A stretch of 64,000 nt of DNA from Minisyncoccota bacterium (GTDB lineage Bacteria; Patescibacteriota; Minisyncoccia; Phycocordibacterales; UBA6065): assembly GCA_036400935.1 (NCBI GenBank), contig DASWWW010000003.1, positions 101,083 through 165,082 of the forward strand, given 5' to 3'. Within the stretch, counting starts at the first letter, position 1; every line of letters begins with the position of its first letter. The position numbers and the translations under genes were made by a program. Positions 28,164 to 37,948 of the stretch are shown here, in pieces. The notes below the pieces were generated by a model. The model saw nothing but the letters and a program-made list of their open reading frames with translations. It did not search any database and was not told the DNA's origin.

Positions 28164-29132
28164 GCATTTATCGACGAAGTATCATTCCATGTGAAGGCGG
28201 GCAAGGGCGGCGACGGCGTCGTGCGCTGGCTTCACGAGAAGGGCAAGGAATTCATGGGACCCGCTGGCGGAAACGGCGGAAAGGGCGGCGATGTGGTCAT
28301 TGAGGCCGTCCGCGACATCTCGGCTCTCGTCAATTTCAAGAACGTAAAGGAGCTCGAAGCTCAGAACGGCGGAAACGGCGACAAGAAGTCCATGAACGGG
28401 GCAGACGGTGACGATCTCGTACTCAAGCTTCCTATCGGCTCTATCGTCTACAACCACGATACGGAGCAGCAGCACGAGCTCCTTACCGAAGGGCAGCGTA
28501 TTACCATATTGAAGGGAGGTCGCTACGGCCTCGGCAACGAGCATTTCAAGGGCTCGACCAACCAGCGCCCAAAGCAGACCACCGAAGGACGCAATGGCGA
28601 GGAGGCCGACATCACTGTCGAGCTTCGCCTCGTCGTGGATGCTGGATTCGTCGGATTTCCGAATGCGGGCAAGTCGTCTCTTTTGAACGCGCTTACCAAT
28701 GCCAAGTCAAAAGTGGCTTCGTATCAGTTCACAACGCTCGAGCCGTCCCTTGGCGACATGTACGGCTTCATCCTTGCCGACATCCCGGGCCTTATCGAGG
28801 GCGCGTCAGAGGGCAAGGGCCTCGGAGACAAGTTCCTCCGCCATATCGAGCGAACAAAGATGCTCATCCACTGCATCTCCCTTGAGAGCGAGAATATCGC
28901 CAAGGACTACAAGACCATCCGCAAGGAGCTTGAGGCCTTTGATCCGAGCCTCGTAACGAAAAAGGAGATCCTCCTTTTGACCAAGACCGACCTTGTCGAC
29001 GAGAAAACCCTCAAGGCAAAGATAAAGGAGGCCAAGAAGCTCAATCCTGATATCTATTTCGTGTCCGTTATCGACGACGCGCAGGTAAAAACCCTCAAGG
29101 ACGACTTGGTAAAGATGCTCCGCGGTATATAA
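28164..29132 (+). CDS. obg: GTPase Obg/CgtA
   Basis: MAFIDEVSFHVKAGKGGDGVVRWLHEKGKEFMGPAGGNGGKGGDV..., the Obg fold. G-domain GFPNAGKSSLLNAL and DIPGLIEGA. Confidence 0.92.
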   Translation, partial: AFIDEVSFHVKAGKGGDGVVRWLHEKGKEFMGPAGGNGGKGGDVVIEAVRDISALVNFKNVKELEAQNGGNGDKKSMNGADGDDLVLKLPIGSIVYNHDTEQQHELLTEGQRITILKGGRYGLGNEHFKGSTNQRPKQTTEGRNGEEADITVELRLVVDAGFVGFPNAGKSSLLNALTNAKSKVASYQFTTLEPSLGDMYGFILADIPGLIEGASEGKGLGDKFLRHIERTKMLIHCISLESENIAKDYKTIRKELEAFDPSLVTKKEILLLTKTDLVDEKTLKAKIKEAKKLNPDIYFVSVIDDAQVKTLKDDLVKMLRGI

Positions 29133-29141
29133 TCTAACTAT

Positions 29142-30284
29142 ATGAAAAATAAAAGTGGCTTTATCATCTCTTTTGCCATTGTTCTCGCGCTGATCGCTGT
29201 ATTGATCGCGGGAGTGTTCTATTTCGGCAGCTCGAAGGTCCAGGCGCCTGAGTTATGGGCGACCTATGTGAACAAGCCGTACGGCTTTTCGTTCCAGTAT
29301 CCTTCCGGATGGAAGGCGGTCGAGAGCGCTGATGGAACAAGCGTCACCGTGACTTCGGGCATAAAGGGCGAGGGCGGTCTCGGCGCCACTGACGCTTTGA
29401 CGATCGGCTTTGCCGTTCAAAAGAACTCGACGTTCAAGCCTGTAGGTACCAAAGTCGGCGATATCCGCTATGACGATACGTTCCGGGCCTTGGTGGACGT
29501 GCTCGATACGCCGCCGCGCTGTTTGCCTTCTGATAACCTCATGGGCATAAACGAGGCTTTGCCTGCCGTCGTATATGGCGGAAGCACCATGTCCGACCCT
29601 GCATACGTCTGGTCCGCCGTCCTTACCGACGAGGACTATATGATTCTTGTGACCGATACGAGCGCGTACGTCCCTGACCGGAAGGATGCGGCTCTGGTAT
29701 CGGCAGGCAAGCTCAAGATCTACTCGACATTCGCATTGGCCACGACCGTAAAGGCCCGCGCGCCGAAATGCACGGCCTCGCTGCCAAAGGCTTCGGAACT
29801 GACCGATGCCGGCGTCGCGGTCCTAAACGCCCTCAAGTCATCCGATTACAAGAAGCTCGAGACTTTGACGAGCGAGAACGGCCTTACTCTCAACCTCTAT
29901 CCGCGGCTCGACCTTTCAAAGAGCAGCGTCACGAAGGACGCCGTATCTGACATCCCGATCGATTCGACCCAGCACATGTGGGGCTATACTGACGGAAAGG
30001 GCGACGAGATTGTCATGACGACCGCTCAGTTCATGCGCCGCTATATCTATACGGCCGATTACCTCAAAGCTGAAGAGGTCGCTGCCGGCAAGATTCTCGG
30101 CAAAGGCAACAGCGTGAACACGATCCTTGAGGATGCTGGCGACAGGGCGGTCCTCGCGTATTACTTCAGCGGCTTCGATTCGAAATACTCTGGTATGGAT
30201 TGGACGACCCTCTATCTCGTATTCGAGAATGAGAACGGCAGCTACAAGCTGCGCGGAATCGCAAAGGACAACTGGACTATCTAA
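29142..30284 (+). CDS. Hypothetical N-terminally anchored extracytoplasmic protein
   Basis: N-terminal TM helix (FIISFAIVLALIAVLIAGVFYF), then a 350-aa domain with no recognised motifs. Confidence 0.5.
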   Translation: MKNKSGFIISFAIVLALIAVLIAGVFYFGSSKVQAPELWATYVNKPYGFSFQYPSGWKAVESADGTSVTVTSGIKGEGGLGATDALTIGFAVQKNSTFKPVGTKVGDIRYDDTFRALVDVLDTPPRCLPSDNLMGINEALPAVVYGGSTMSDPAYVWSAVLTDEDYMILVTDTSAYVPDRKDAALVSAGKLKIYSTFALATTVKARAPKCTASLPKASELTDAGVAVLNALKSSDYKKLETLTSENGLTLNLYPRLDLSKSSVTKDAVSDIPIDSTQHMWGYTDGKGDEIVMTTAQFMRRYIYTADYLKAEEVAAGKILGKGNSVNTILEDAGDRAVLAYYFSGFDSKYSGMDWTTLYLVFENENGSYKLRGIAKDNWTI

Positions 30285-30287
30285 ATC

Positions 30288-30325
30288 AAAGGCGCGTCGC
30301 AAGACGCGCCTTTATCAAAATTTTA
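30288..30325 (+). terminator. Rho-independent terminator
   Basis: AAAGGCGCGTC-gcaa-GACGCGCCTTT followed by ATCAAAATTTT. Confidence 0.6.
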
Positions 30326-30391
30326 TCAGCCTTGTTGCGTAACTGCTTTTCTATCTTTACGCGCACATCCGTGGCGATATAAAATGTGCGC

Positions 30392-30805
30392 ATGACAGGG
30401 GAAATTTCTATCAAAAGGGACTCCGACGTCGCCACGAGGGGCGATGTGAAGGAGATCGTTGAACGGGCCATAAACAGTGGTTTTGAGAGCTTTGCGATCA
30501 TCGTCGGGAAATCGTTCGAGCAGATGACCACGTATATGGATACTAGGTTTGATGCTATCGATGTACGATTCGATGCCGTGGAGGGTCGCTTGGACAGGGT
30601 TGAAATTCGTCTCGACAAGGTTGAGGCAAGATTGGATGGGGTGGAGGGCCGGCTCGACAAAGTCGAGGGGCGTCTGAGCGATGTTGAAGAAAAGATCGAT
30701 GCCGTTTTCGGCATAATGGAGATCGATGGCATCAATCTCGACGACGATAGTGACGGCGAGGACCGCCTTTGGAAGGATATCGAGCGCCGATGGCCTAAAT
30801 CCTGA
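30392..30805 (+). CDS. Small coiled-coil protein with tandem heptad repeats (RLDxVEx)
   Basis: ATG at 30392 (MTGEISIKR...). Five to six consecutive 7-aa repeats encoded by 21-bp DNA repeats. An upstream TTTACG-16-TATAAA places the start near the TSS (possibly leaderless). Confidence 0.5.
   Translation: MTGEISIKRDSDVATRGDVKEIVERAINSGFESFAIIVGKSFEQMTTYMDTRFDAIDVRFDAVEGRLDRVEIRLDKVEARLDGVEGRLDKVEGRLSDVEEKIDAVFGIMEIDGINLDDDSDGEDRLWKDIERRWPKS
30563..30691 (+). repeat. 21-bp tandem repeats (about 6 copies) encoding VEGRLDK-type heptads
   Basis: Units cgcttggacagggttgaaatt / cgtctcgacaaggttgaggca / agattggatggggtggagggc / cggctcgacaaagtcgagggg / cgtctgagcgatgttgaagaa. Confidence 0.6.
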
Positions 30806-30847
30806 TTTTTTGCTATAAAGAAGCGTCCGCGCACGCGCGCAAAACCT

Positions 30848-32281
30848 ATGTCTACTTACAAAACAACTATCGGCCTCGAAATCCATGCTGAGCTCAAGAC
30901 GCAGACAAAGATGTTCTGCGATTCAAAGAACGATCCGTTCAACAGCGCTCCGAACGCCAACATCTGTCCGGTCTGCATGGGCCATCCGGGAACTCTTCCT
31001 GTCATAAACAAGAAGGCGGTCGAGTCTGTTTTGCGCGTCGGCGTGGCCGTTGGCGGCGAGCTGGCCGATTTCACCGAGTTCGACCGAAAGAACTATTTTT
31101 ATCCTGATATCCCGAAGGGCTACCAGCTCTCCCAATACAAGTATCCTCTGGTTAAGGGCGGCGAGCTCGCGGGCGTAAAGCTTACCCGAATCCATTTGGA
31201 GGAAGACACGGCCTCATCGAGCCACGATACGGGCGATTACTCGCTTGTCGACTTCAACCGCGCTGGCGTGCCTTTGATGGAGCTCGTCACTGAGCCCGTC
31301 ATCCATACCGCCGAAGAGGCGGGCAATTTCGGCCGCGAATTGCAGCTCCTCCTCCGAACCCTTGGCGTATCTGGGGCGAATATGGAGAAGGGCGAGATGC
31401 GCCTTGAGGTAAATATCTCCCTTTCCGACACTGAAAAGCTCGGCACGAAAGTCGAGGTTAAGAATATCGGCTCGTTCAAGGCTGCCGAGAAGGCGATAGC
31501 ATACGAGATCGCGCGCCATACGCAGCTTTTGAAGGCCGGAGAGAAGATTGTGCAGGAGACTCGCGGCTGGGACGACGAGAAGGGCAAGACGTTCTCGCAG
31601 CGAAAGAAGGAGGATTCGCACGATTATCGCTATTTCCCAGATCCGGACCTGCCAAAGCTCAAGATTTCGGAGATTCCTGAGTTCTCAAAGGAGAATTTGG
31701 CAAAGTCATTGCCTGAATTGCCATGGGAGAAGCGCGCTCGCTACGCCGCTATCGGCCTCAAGCCTACCGACGTTTACATATACGTGACTATTCCTGAGGT
31801 CGGCGCCTTCTTTGAGGCGACCGCAAATGCCCTCGGCGACAGGAAGGAGTCGGTCCTGCTTGCTTCGAACTATATCTCTACCGATATTCTCGGCCTTATC
31901 AAGAAAAAGCACGGCGAAGGCCACGAGAATGAGATCGCGCGCCTGCCGTTCGCTCCGGCCCAGTTCGCGCAGCTCATCGGAATGATCGAGAAGAAGGACG
32001 TGTCGTCGCGCGGCGCCAAGGACATCCTCGGATTCATGCTCGAGTCGGGCGGCGAGCCGATGAAGATCGCTACCGAGAAGCAGCTCATACAGAAGAGCGA
32101 CGAGGGCGCCGTAAAGAAGATCGCCGAAGAGGTGATCACGGAAAATCCAAAGGTCGTCGAGGACTACAAGAGCGGAAAAGTCGCGCTTCTCCAATTCCTC
32201 ATAGGGCAGGGCATGAAGAAATCGAAGGGCTCTGCGAATCCTGAGGTCCTCAAGGCAGCATTCCTTGCCTTGCTCTCATAA
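30848..32281 (+). CDS. gatB: Asp-tRNA(Asn)/Glu-tRNA(Gln) amidotransferase subunit B
   Basis: MSTYKTTIGLEIHAELKTQTKMFCDSKN...ICPVCMGHPGTLPV, the GatB N-terminal signature. Confidence 0.92.
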   Translation: MSTYKTTIGLEIHAELKTQTKMFCDSKNDPFNSAPNANICPVCMGHPGTLPVINKKAVESVLRVGVAVGGELADFTEFDRKNYFYPDIPKGYQLSQYKYPLVKGGELAGVKLTRIHLEEDTASSSHDTGDYSLVDFNRAGVPLMELVTEPVIHTAEEAGNFGRELQLLLRTLGVSGANMEKGEMRLEVNISLSDTEKLGTKVEVKNIGSFKAAEKAIAYEIARHTQLLKAGEKIVQETRGWDDEKGKTFSQRKKEDSHDYRYFPDPDLPKLKISEIPEFSKENLAKSLPELPWEKRARYAAIGLKPTDVYIYVTIPEVGAFFEATANALGDRKESVLLASNYISTDILGLIKKKHGEGHENEIARLPFAPAQFAQLIGMIEKKDVSSRGAKDILGFMLESGGEPMKIATEKQLIQKSDEGAVKKIAEEVITENPKVVEDYKSGKVALLQFLIGQGMKKSKGSANPEVLKAAFLALLS

Positions 32282-32727
32282 TGCGACTGCTTATTTGGAT
32301 ATGCGGCATCATAGTAGCCCTAATTGCAGGGTTTTTTTTGCTTTCAAAAGCGCCTGTTCGAGAGAATGCTGCGGTAACGCTCAATGGAGCCGTTTTTAAG
32401 GCGATTGTTGCTGATACTCCGGCGTCGCGCGAGCGAGGCTTGAGCGGATCGAAGCCTTTGGCATCGGATGAGGCGATGCTTTTCGTATTCGAAATCCCTG
32501 ACGATGTCGGATTCTGGATGAAGGACATGAATTACTCGATCGATATCGTCTGGCTCGATGCGAATATGAAGGTCATTCATATAGAAAAGGACGTCGCCCC
32601 TGAAACATACCCGACGGTTTTCTATCCGGAAGGGGCGGCCCTGTACGTTTTGGAATTCTCAGCCGGCACCGCGGACCGCATCGGACTCAAGCTGGGAGAC
32701 ATCGCTTCGGCCTCCGGTGGGAAATAA
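32281..32727 (+). CDS. DUF192 domain protein
   Basis: LFVFEIPDDVGFWMKDMNYSIDIVWLDANMKVIHI, a DUF192 signature. Confidence 0.7.
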   Translation: MRLLIWICGIIVALIAGFFLLSKAPVRENAAVTLNGAVFKAIVADTPASRERGLSGSKPLASDEAMLFVFEIPDDVGFWMKDMNYSIDIVWLDANMKVIHIEKDVAPETYPTVFYPEGAALYVLEFSAGTADRIGLKLGDIASASGGK

Positions 32728-32755
32728 TTCTTTTCAAAAGTTTTCGGTGGGAAAG

Positions 32756-32781
32756 ATCGCTTTTCGTGGGCGATTTTTTTA
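32756..32781 (+). terminator. Weak Rho-independent terminator
   Basis: ATCGC-ttttcgtgg-GCGAT followed by TTTTTTTATTTTT. Confidence 0.35.
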
Positions 32782-33003
32782 TTTTTCAAAACAAGAACAC
32801 GAATTTTTTAAAAAACCAGCTTAAAAATTTTCCCAAAGCGCGCCTTCGCTGCGCTGTTTAATAGAAGTACATTATTTTTAATCTAGACAGGGAAACCGAG
32901 CTGTATCATAACTGAAAAAAAGCGTAATTTTCTATACTTTTCTCTCTGACGTTCGGTTAAAATAAACTGACCTTAAAAATTATTAGCGATCTGCAAATTT
33001 ATC

Positions 33004-35835
33004 ATGAATATCTTTATCACCAAGCGGGACGGAACGAAGCACCTCTTCAATGCTGACAAGATCAACCGATCTATCGCGCGGGCAGCTGCTGGCTTGGAGA
33101 ATCCCGTCGCTATGGTGATGCAGATCGCGACCGATACGCATCTTACGATGTACGACGGCATGACGACCGAAGAATTGGACAAGGCGACGATCAATGCCGC
33201 CGTCCAAAACATCAAGGATGACCCTGATTTCGACATCGTGGCAAAACGCCTCTTGCTCAAGACTATATATAAGAAGGTTTTTGGCGACTACGATACCCAG
33301 GATCCGGCGGATCTTCGCAAGAAGCATCGTGACGGATTCATCGATTACGTGAACAAGGGAGTGGCCGCAAACAGGCTCCATCCTGATATGGCGACCAAAT
33401 TCGACCTCGAGACTCTCGCCAACACTCTTGTTGTAGAGCGAGACGATATTTTCCTCTATTCAGGACTCGACGGCTTGATGAATCGCTACGGCCTCAAGGA
33501 TATAAACCAGAACGCTACCGAGACCCCTCAGTACCTTTTCATGCGCATCGCCATGGGCCTCTCGTACAACGAGACCAATCCTACCGAATGGGCGATCAAG
33601 TTCTATCACAAGATGTCCCAGCACCACTTCATCGCCGGAGGATCGACCAACCTCGGCGCGGGAACTAACCGACCGGCGCTCGCAAACTGCTTCCTCCTCG
33701 AAATCCACGACAATATGGAGCACATCGCGAAGTCTGTTTCTGACGTCATGCTCCTTTCAAAGGGCTCCGGAGGAATCGGCGCGTCTATCACAAAGCTTCG
33801 CGCGTCCGGATCTCCGCTCAAGTCAAATGCCGGAGGCGCTTCTACGGGCCCTACGACATTCGCAAAGATCATCGATACCGCTATTCGCGCCATTCAGCGA
33901 GGAGGCAAGAAGAAGGGCGCTCTCTGCTTCTATATGGAGAATTGGCACCTCGATTTCCCTGAATTCATCGATTGGAAGCATAATGCCGGCGACGACTATC
34001 TCCGCATGCGAACCGCCAACACCGCCGCTTTCATCTCTGACGAGTTTATGAAGCGCGTCATTTCCGGCCAGGACTGGTATATGTTCGACCCTGCTGAGGT
34101 ACCTGAATTGAACGAGCTCTACGGCTCGGCCTTCTCTGAAAAGTACAAGGAATACTGCGCAAAGGCAGAGCGCGGCGAGATGCGCGCCTTCAAGAAGGTC
34201 CCAGCGTCTGAGCAGTGGCGCCATATCATCACGTCCCTCCAGTCTACGTCGCACCCTTGGATTACCTGGAAGGATCCGATCAACCTCCGCGCGCTCAATA
34301 ACAACACCGGCACGATCCATATGTCGAACCTCTGTACGGAGATCTGCCTCCCGCAGGACAAGAACAATATCGCCGTATGTAACCTCATTTCAGTGAACTT
34401 GGCGGGCCATATCAGCAACAAGGAGGTGCAGTGGGGCAAGCTTGAGGAGTCCGTACGACTCGCTGTGCGCCAGCTCGATAACCTCATCGACATCAACAAG
34501 CTTCCTGTTCCTGAGGCTGTCCGATCGGACAAGGAGAACCGCGCCATCGGCCTCGGAGTCATGGGATTTGCCGATGCCATCGAGCAGCTCGGCATTGCGT
34601 ACGACGCTGAGCCGGCTTGGGATTTCGCTGACCGTATCTTCGAGTTTGTTTCCTACATGGCGATCGACGAATCGGCCAATCTCGCGCAGGTTCGCGGATC
34701 GTATTCGAACTTTGCCGGCTCTCGCTGGTCAAAGGGTGAAGTGCCAGTAGACACTATCAAAGTGCTCGAGGCGGATCGCGGCCGACCTGTAACGGTATCA
34801 AAGGAATCAAAGCACAAGGGCCTCAACTGGGACCTTCTCCGATCGAAGGTCAAGAAGGGAATGCGAAACGCTACCCTCATGGCAATCGCTCCGAACGCGA
34901 ACATCGGCCTCGTAGCGGGAACTACTCCTGGAATGGACCCTCGCTTCGCCCAGGTATTCTCCCGAAACAAGATTTCCGGAAAGTACATGGATATCAACCA
35001 CAACCTCGTGAAGGATCTCAAGAACATGAGCCTCTGGGAGAAGGTCCGCGAGCAGATCATCGAGAATCAGGGAGACATCGCCAACATCGAAGGCATCCCT
35101 CAGCACATCAAGGACGTCTACAAGACATCGTTTACCACGTCTCCTCACGCATTTATCGAGGTTGCTGCCCGCGCTCAGAAGTGGATCGACCAGGGCATCT
35201 CGCGAAACATGTACCTCGAGACTCGCGACGTCGACGAGACGATGAAAATCTATACATCGGCATGGGAGAAGGGCGTAAAGACCACGTATTACCTCCACAT
35301 GAAGCCTCGCCATACCGCAGAGCAGTCTACTGTCCGCGTGAACAAGGCCGAGAAGCTCGGCAAGACGGGATTCGCTGCGGTAGCGAGCGGAATGGCAGAG
35401 AAGAAGGCGGCCGTGTTCAGCGCCCCTCTTCAGACATCGATGGATATTGTCGAGCCGGCTCCTATGGTCGCTCAGGACGTGACGCCTATCATGGTCGCGC
35501 CAGTCGCGGCTCCGGTTGCCGCAGCACCCGCATCGGCGCCAGCATCTGTTGGCTGGTCTATCCCGAAGGCGGCCCCTGCATCGGCCGCGGTCTCGCCAGC
35601 GCCCTTCGCGTCCGCTCCCGTATCGTTCAAGATGCCTAAGCAGGCGACCATGAACGTATCCGAGCCCGCGGCCGCCGCTCCGGCCCCTGTGGCAGAAAAG
35701 GCTCCAGCCGGGTACCAGTCGCTCTCAGACCTTGCGGCAATGACCGCCATCAAGAAGCCTCGCGTGATCATGACAGGGAACAAGACGTGCCCGACCGATC
35801 CGTCAGAGCTTGCGCAGTGCGACTCCTGCCAGTAG
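33004..35835 (+). CDS. nrdA: Ribonucleoside-diphosphate reductase alpha subunit (class I, NrdA-like) with N-terminal ATP-cone and a long Ala/Pro-rich C-terminal linker
   Basis: ATP-cone (MNIFITKRDGTKHLFNADKINRSIARA). Catalytic core motifs (NLCTEI). C-terminal Cys pair ...CPTDPSELAQCDSCQ. Confidence 0.9.
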   Translation: MNIFITKRDGTKHLFNADKINRSIARAAAGLENPVAMVMQIATDTHLTMYDGMTTEELDKATINAAVQNIKDDPDFDIVAKRLLLKTIYKKVFGDYDTQDPADLRKKHRDGFIDYVNKGVAANRLHPDMATKFDLETLANTLVVERDDIFLYSGLDGLMNRYGLKDINQNATETPQYLFMRIAMGLSYNETNPTEWAIKFYHKMSQHHFIAGGSTNLGAGTNRPALANCFLLEIHDNMEHIAKSVSDVMLLSKGSGGIGASITKLRASGSPLKSNAGGASTGPTTFAKIIDTAIRAIQRGGKKKGALCFYMENWHLDFPEFIDWKHNAGDDYLRMRTANTAAFISDEFMKRVISGQDWYMFDPAEVPELNELYGSAFSEKYKEYCAKAERGEMRAFKKVPASEQWRHIITSLQSTSHPWITWKDPINLRALNNNTGTIHMSNLCTEICLPQDKNNIAVCNLISVNLAGHISNKEVQWGKLEESVRLAVRQLDNLIDINKLPVPEAVRSDKENRAIGLGVMGFADAIEQLGIAYDAEPAWDFADRIFEFVSYMAIDESANLAQVRGSYSNFAGSRWSKGEVPVDTIKVLEADRGRPVTVSKESKHKGLNWDLLRSKVKKGMRNATLMAIAPNANIGLVAGTTPGMDPRFAQVFSRNKISGKYMDINHNLVKDLKNMSLWEKVREQIIENQGDIANIEGIPQHIKDVYKTSFTTSPHAFIEVAARAQKWIDQGISRNMYLETRDVDETMKIYTSAWEKGVKTTYYLHMKPRHTAEQSTVRVNKAEKLGKTGFAAVASGMAEKKAAVFSAPLQTSMDIVEPAPMVAQDVTPIMVAPVAAPVAAAPASAPASVGWSIPKAAPASAAVSPAPFASAPVSFKMPKQATMNVSEPAAAAPAPVAEKAPAGYQSLSDLAAMTAIKKPRVIMTGNKTCPTDPSELAQCDSCQ

Positions 35836-35991
35836 ACTCGATTCGTCTCTCTTTCACAATCCATAAAGCGGGCTCATACACAAACCCCGCCTAAGTCGAC
35901 GCCGACTTTTTGCTCCGACGCTACATTCTTTAACGCGTTCGAGACTTTTGTTCAGTCCAATTATCAAAATTCAGTAACCGTCAAACACAAT

Positions 35992-36975
35992 ATGGCACTT
36001 ATCGGAAAAGCATCGCCCGAAGACGTAAATCTCCACCCGCTTCGCTACAAGTGGGCGTACGATCTCTACAATCAGGCCGTGCGAAACACGTGGTTCCCTC
36101 ATGAGATCGCCCTCAAGGAGGATCTCGAGGACTGGGCAAAAATGACAGAGGACGAGAGGCATGCGGTAAAGTTTCTCATGGCCTTCTTCAACCCTGCGGA
36201 ATTGATCGTTAACCGATCGATCGCTCTCGGCGTCTATCCGTACCTTAAGTCCCCAGAATGCCATCTCTATTTGGCAAAGCAGATGTGGGAAGAGGCTAAC
36301 CACTGCGTGGCCTTCGAGTACGTGCTCGAGACATTCCCATTCGATCGCGAGAAGATCTTCTCGCTCCACCTTGGCGTGCCATCGATGCAGGCAAAGGAAG
36401 CGTACATCAACAAGTACATGAAGCGCATGATGGACGATAGGCTTGATATCGATACTCCGGACGGCAAGAAGGACTTCATCCGAAACCTCGTCGCGACGAA
36501 CATCGTGATGGAGGGAATCTGGTTCTACTCCGGATTCATGGTAGCCCTCTCGTTCCGCCAGCGGAACCAGCTTCGAAACTTCGGATCGATGATCAACTGG
36601 GTTATCCGCGACGAGTCATTGCATCTCAAGTTCGGCATGAACCTCATCCATAACATCCTTGAGGAGAACGCCGTCCTTTTGACCGAGGAATTCGCTACCG
36701 AAATACGAGACATCATCATCGAGGGAGTGAACCTCGAGGTCAATTACAACAAGGACCTCTTCCCGAACGGAATCCTCGGCCTCAACGCCGAATACGTGAA
36801 CCAGTACGTGATGTACGTCTGCGACCGACGCCTCGAGGAGCTCGGCCTGCCGAAGTACTACAACGTCACCAATCCGGCAAAGTGGATGTCTACCGCTACC
36901 GACGTCTTCGAGCTCGTGAACTTCTTCGAAGCTCAGAACACGAACTACGAAGTGGACGGAGGACACAAGAAATAG
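35992..36975 (+). CDS. nrdB: Ribonucleotide reductase beta subunit (NrdB-like, di-metal ferritin-like)
   Basis: E-x-x-H motifs (EEANHCVAFEY; RDESLHLKFG) and a C-terminal tail; 327 aa. Confidence 0.85.
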   Translation: MALIGKASPEDVNLHPLRYKWAYDLYNQAVRNTWFPHEIALKEDLEDWAKMTEDERHAVKFLMAFFNPAELIVNRSIALGVYPYLKSPECHLYLAKQMWEEANHCVAFEYVLETFPFDREKIFSLHLGVPSMQAKEAYINKYMKRMMDDRLDIDTPDGKKDFIRNLVATNIVMEGIWFYSGFMVALSFRQRNQLRNFGSMINWVIRDESLHLKFGMNLIHNILEENAVLLTEEFATEIRDIIIEGVNLEVNYNKDLFPNGILGLNAEYVNQYVMYVCDRRLEELGLPKYYNVTNPAKWMSTATDVFELVNFFEAQNTNYEVDGGHKK

Positions 36976-36994
36976 TTTAGGATTTGGAATCGCG

Positions 36995-37029
36995 AAAGCC
37001 GCCTTATCGGGCGGCTTTCGTTTTTTTTA
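36995..37029. terminator. Bidirectional Rho-independent terminator between nrdB and the convergent TrmB-like gene
   Basis: GAAAGCCGCC-ttatc-GGCGGCTTTC followed by GTTTTTTTT. Preceded by an A-rich run on the opposite strand. Confidence 0.6.
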
Positions 37030-37812
37030 TTTCAATCCCTTCCAGGCGAGCTCGAAGAAGAATCTCATCATATTGTGAATAGTTTGATCCTCGATGATTA
37101 TGCCGATCGGATTGCGTTCTTCAAAGTTCACGATCGAAACCCTGTTCTCTGCATAGACCGTCACTTCGCCTTTGAAAGGGAACTGGTCCGCGGACATGTG
37201 CCGTACGACGGGAACTATTTCTTTCTTAAAGCCAGCGTATATGTTTCCTACGAAAGCCAGGTCGGTTTTGGTATTTGGCAATATTCCTCGGGTGGTTATG
37301 CCAATCTTTTCTTTGGTGCGCCTATAACGCTCAAAGAATTTTTTTGGCATGAAATCCAGAAGGCCGGATACGTTTGAAAGACCAAGCATCTCATACTTCT
37401 TTTTAACGTTGATATGGTCTTCAAATACAGAAACGACACCCTCATGGCCTTCGTAGTAGGTGATCTTTGGTTTGTTTGGCAGGCTTTCAAATACTCCTTC
37501 GAGTTCTGGAATGAGCTTTTTTGCCTTTTCGAATGATTCATCCGCTTTTTCCTTCTGACGTCGCGCGAAGCTGAGGAGCTTTTGAGGCTGATTAGCCTTA
37601 TAGTATAGTTTTTTGCCTTTTTCTATCTCGCTTACTAGTCCCTTAATGGAGAGGTCCGTGAGGATCTTATAGACAGTGCTGCGATTGAGTCTTGTCTCCT
37701 TCGATATGTGAGAAGGGAAGCCACCACCTTTTTCGATGAGCAGGGCGTATATTGCTGCCGACTTCGGATTGAGGCCGGCTTCTTTTAGTGGCGGAATAAG
37801 GTTGCTTTCCAT
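37027..37812 (-). CDS. TrmB-family transcriptional regulator (module 1)
   Basis: N-terminal TrmB-type wHTH (LKEAGLNPKSAAIYALLIEKGGGFPSHISKETRLNRSTVYKILTDLSIKGLVSEIEKGKKLYY), then a ~170-aa C-terminal domain. Confidence 0.75.
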   Translation of the reverse strand: MESNLIPPLKEAGLNPKSAAIYALLIEKGGGFPSHISKETRLNRSTVYKILTDLSIKGLVSEIEKGKKLYYKANQPQKLLSFARRQKEKADESFEKAKKLIPELEGVFESLPNKPKITYYEGHEGVVSVFEDHINVKKKYEMLGLSNVSGLLDFMPKKFFERYRRTKEKIGITTRGILPNTKTDLAFVGNIYAGFKKEIVPVVRHMSADQFPFKGEVTVYAENRVSIVNFEERNPIGIIIEDQTIHNMMRFFFELAWKGLK

Positions 37813-37948
37813 GACCTGATATAATCACATTCTCCTATTTTTGTCACTTTGTACGAACAAAAATGCAAAGACCATGCTTTTGCCCTTTATTTATAAGGGT
37901 TTTATGCATATTTAATGTTTAATGCCTAAGACAAATTCATAGACGTGG

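Noticed and set aside
32728-33003. Looked for NrdR boxes or a cobalamin riboswitch upstream of nrdA
   Set aside because: No palindromic NrdR box (acaCwAtATaTwGtgt-like) and no B12-box were found; the region is AT-rich promoter-like sequence only.
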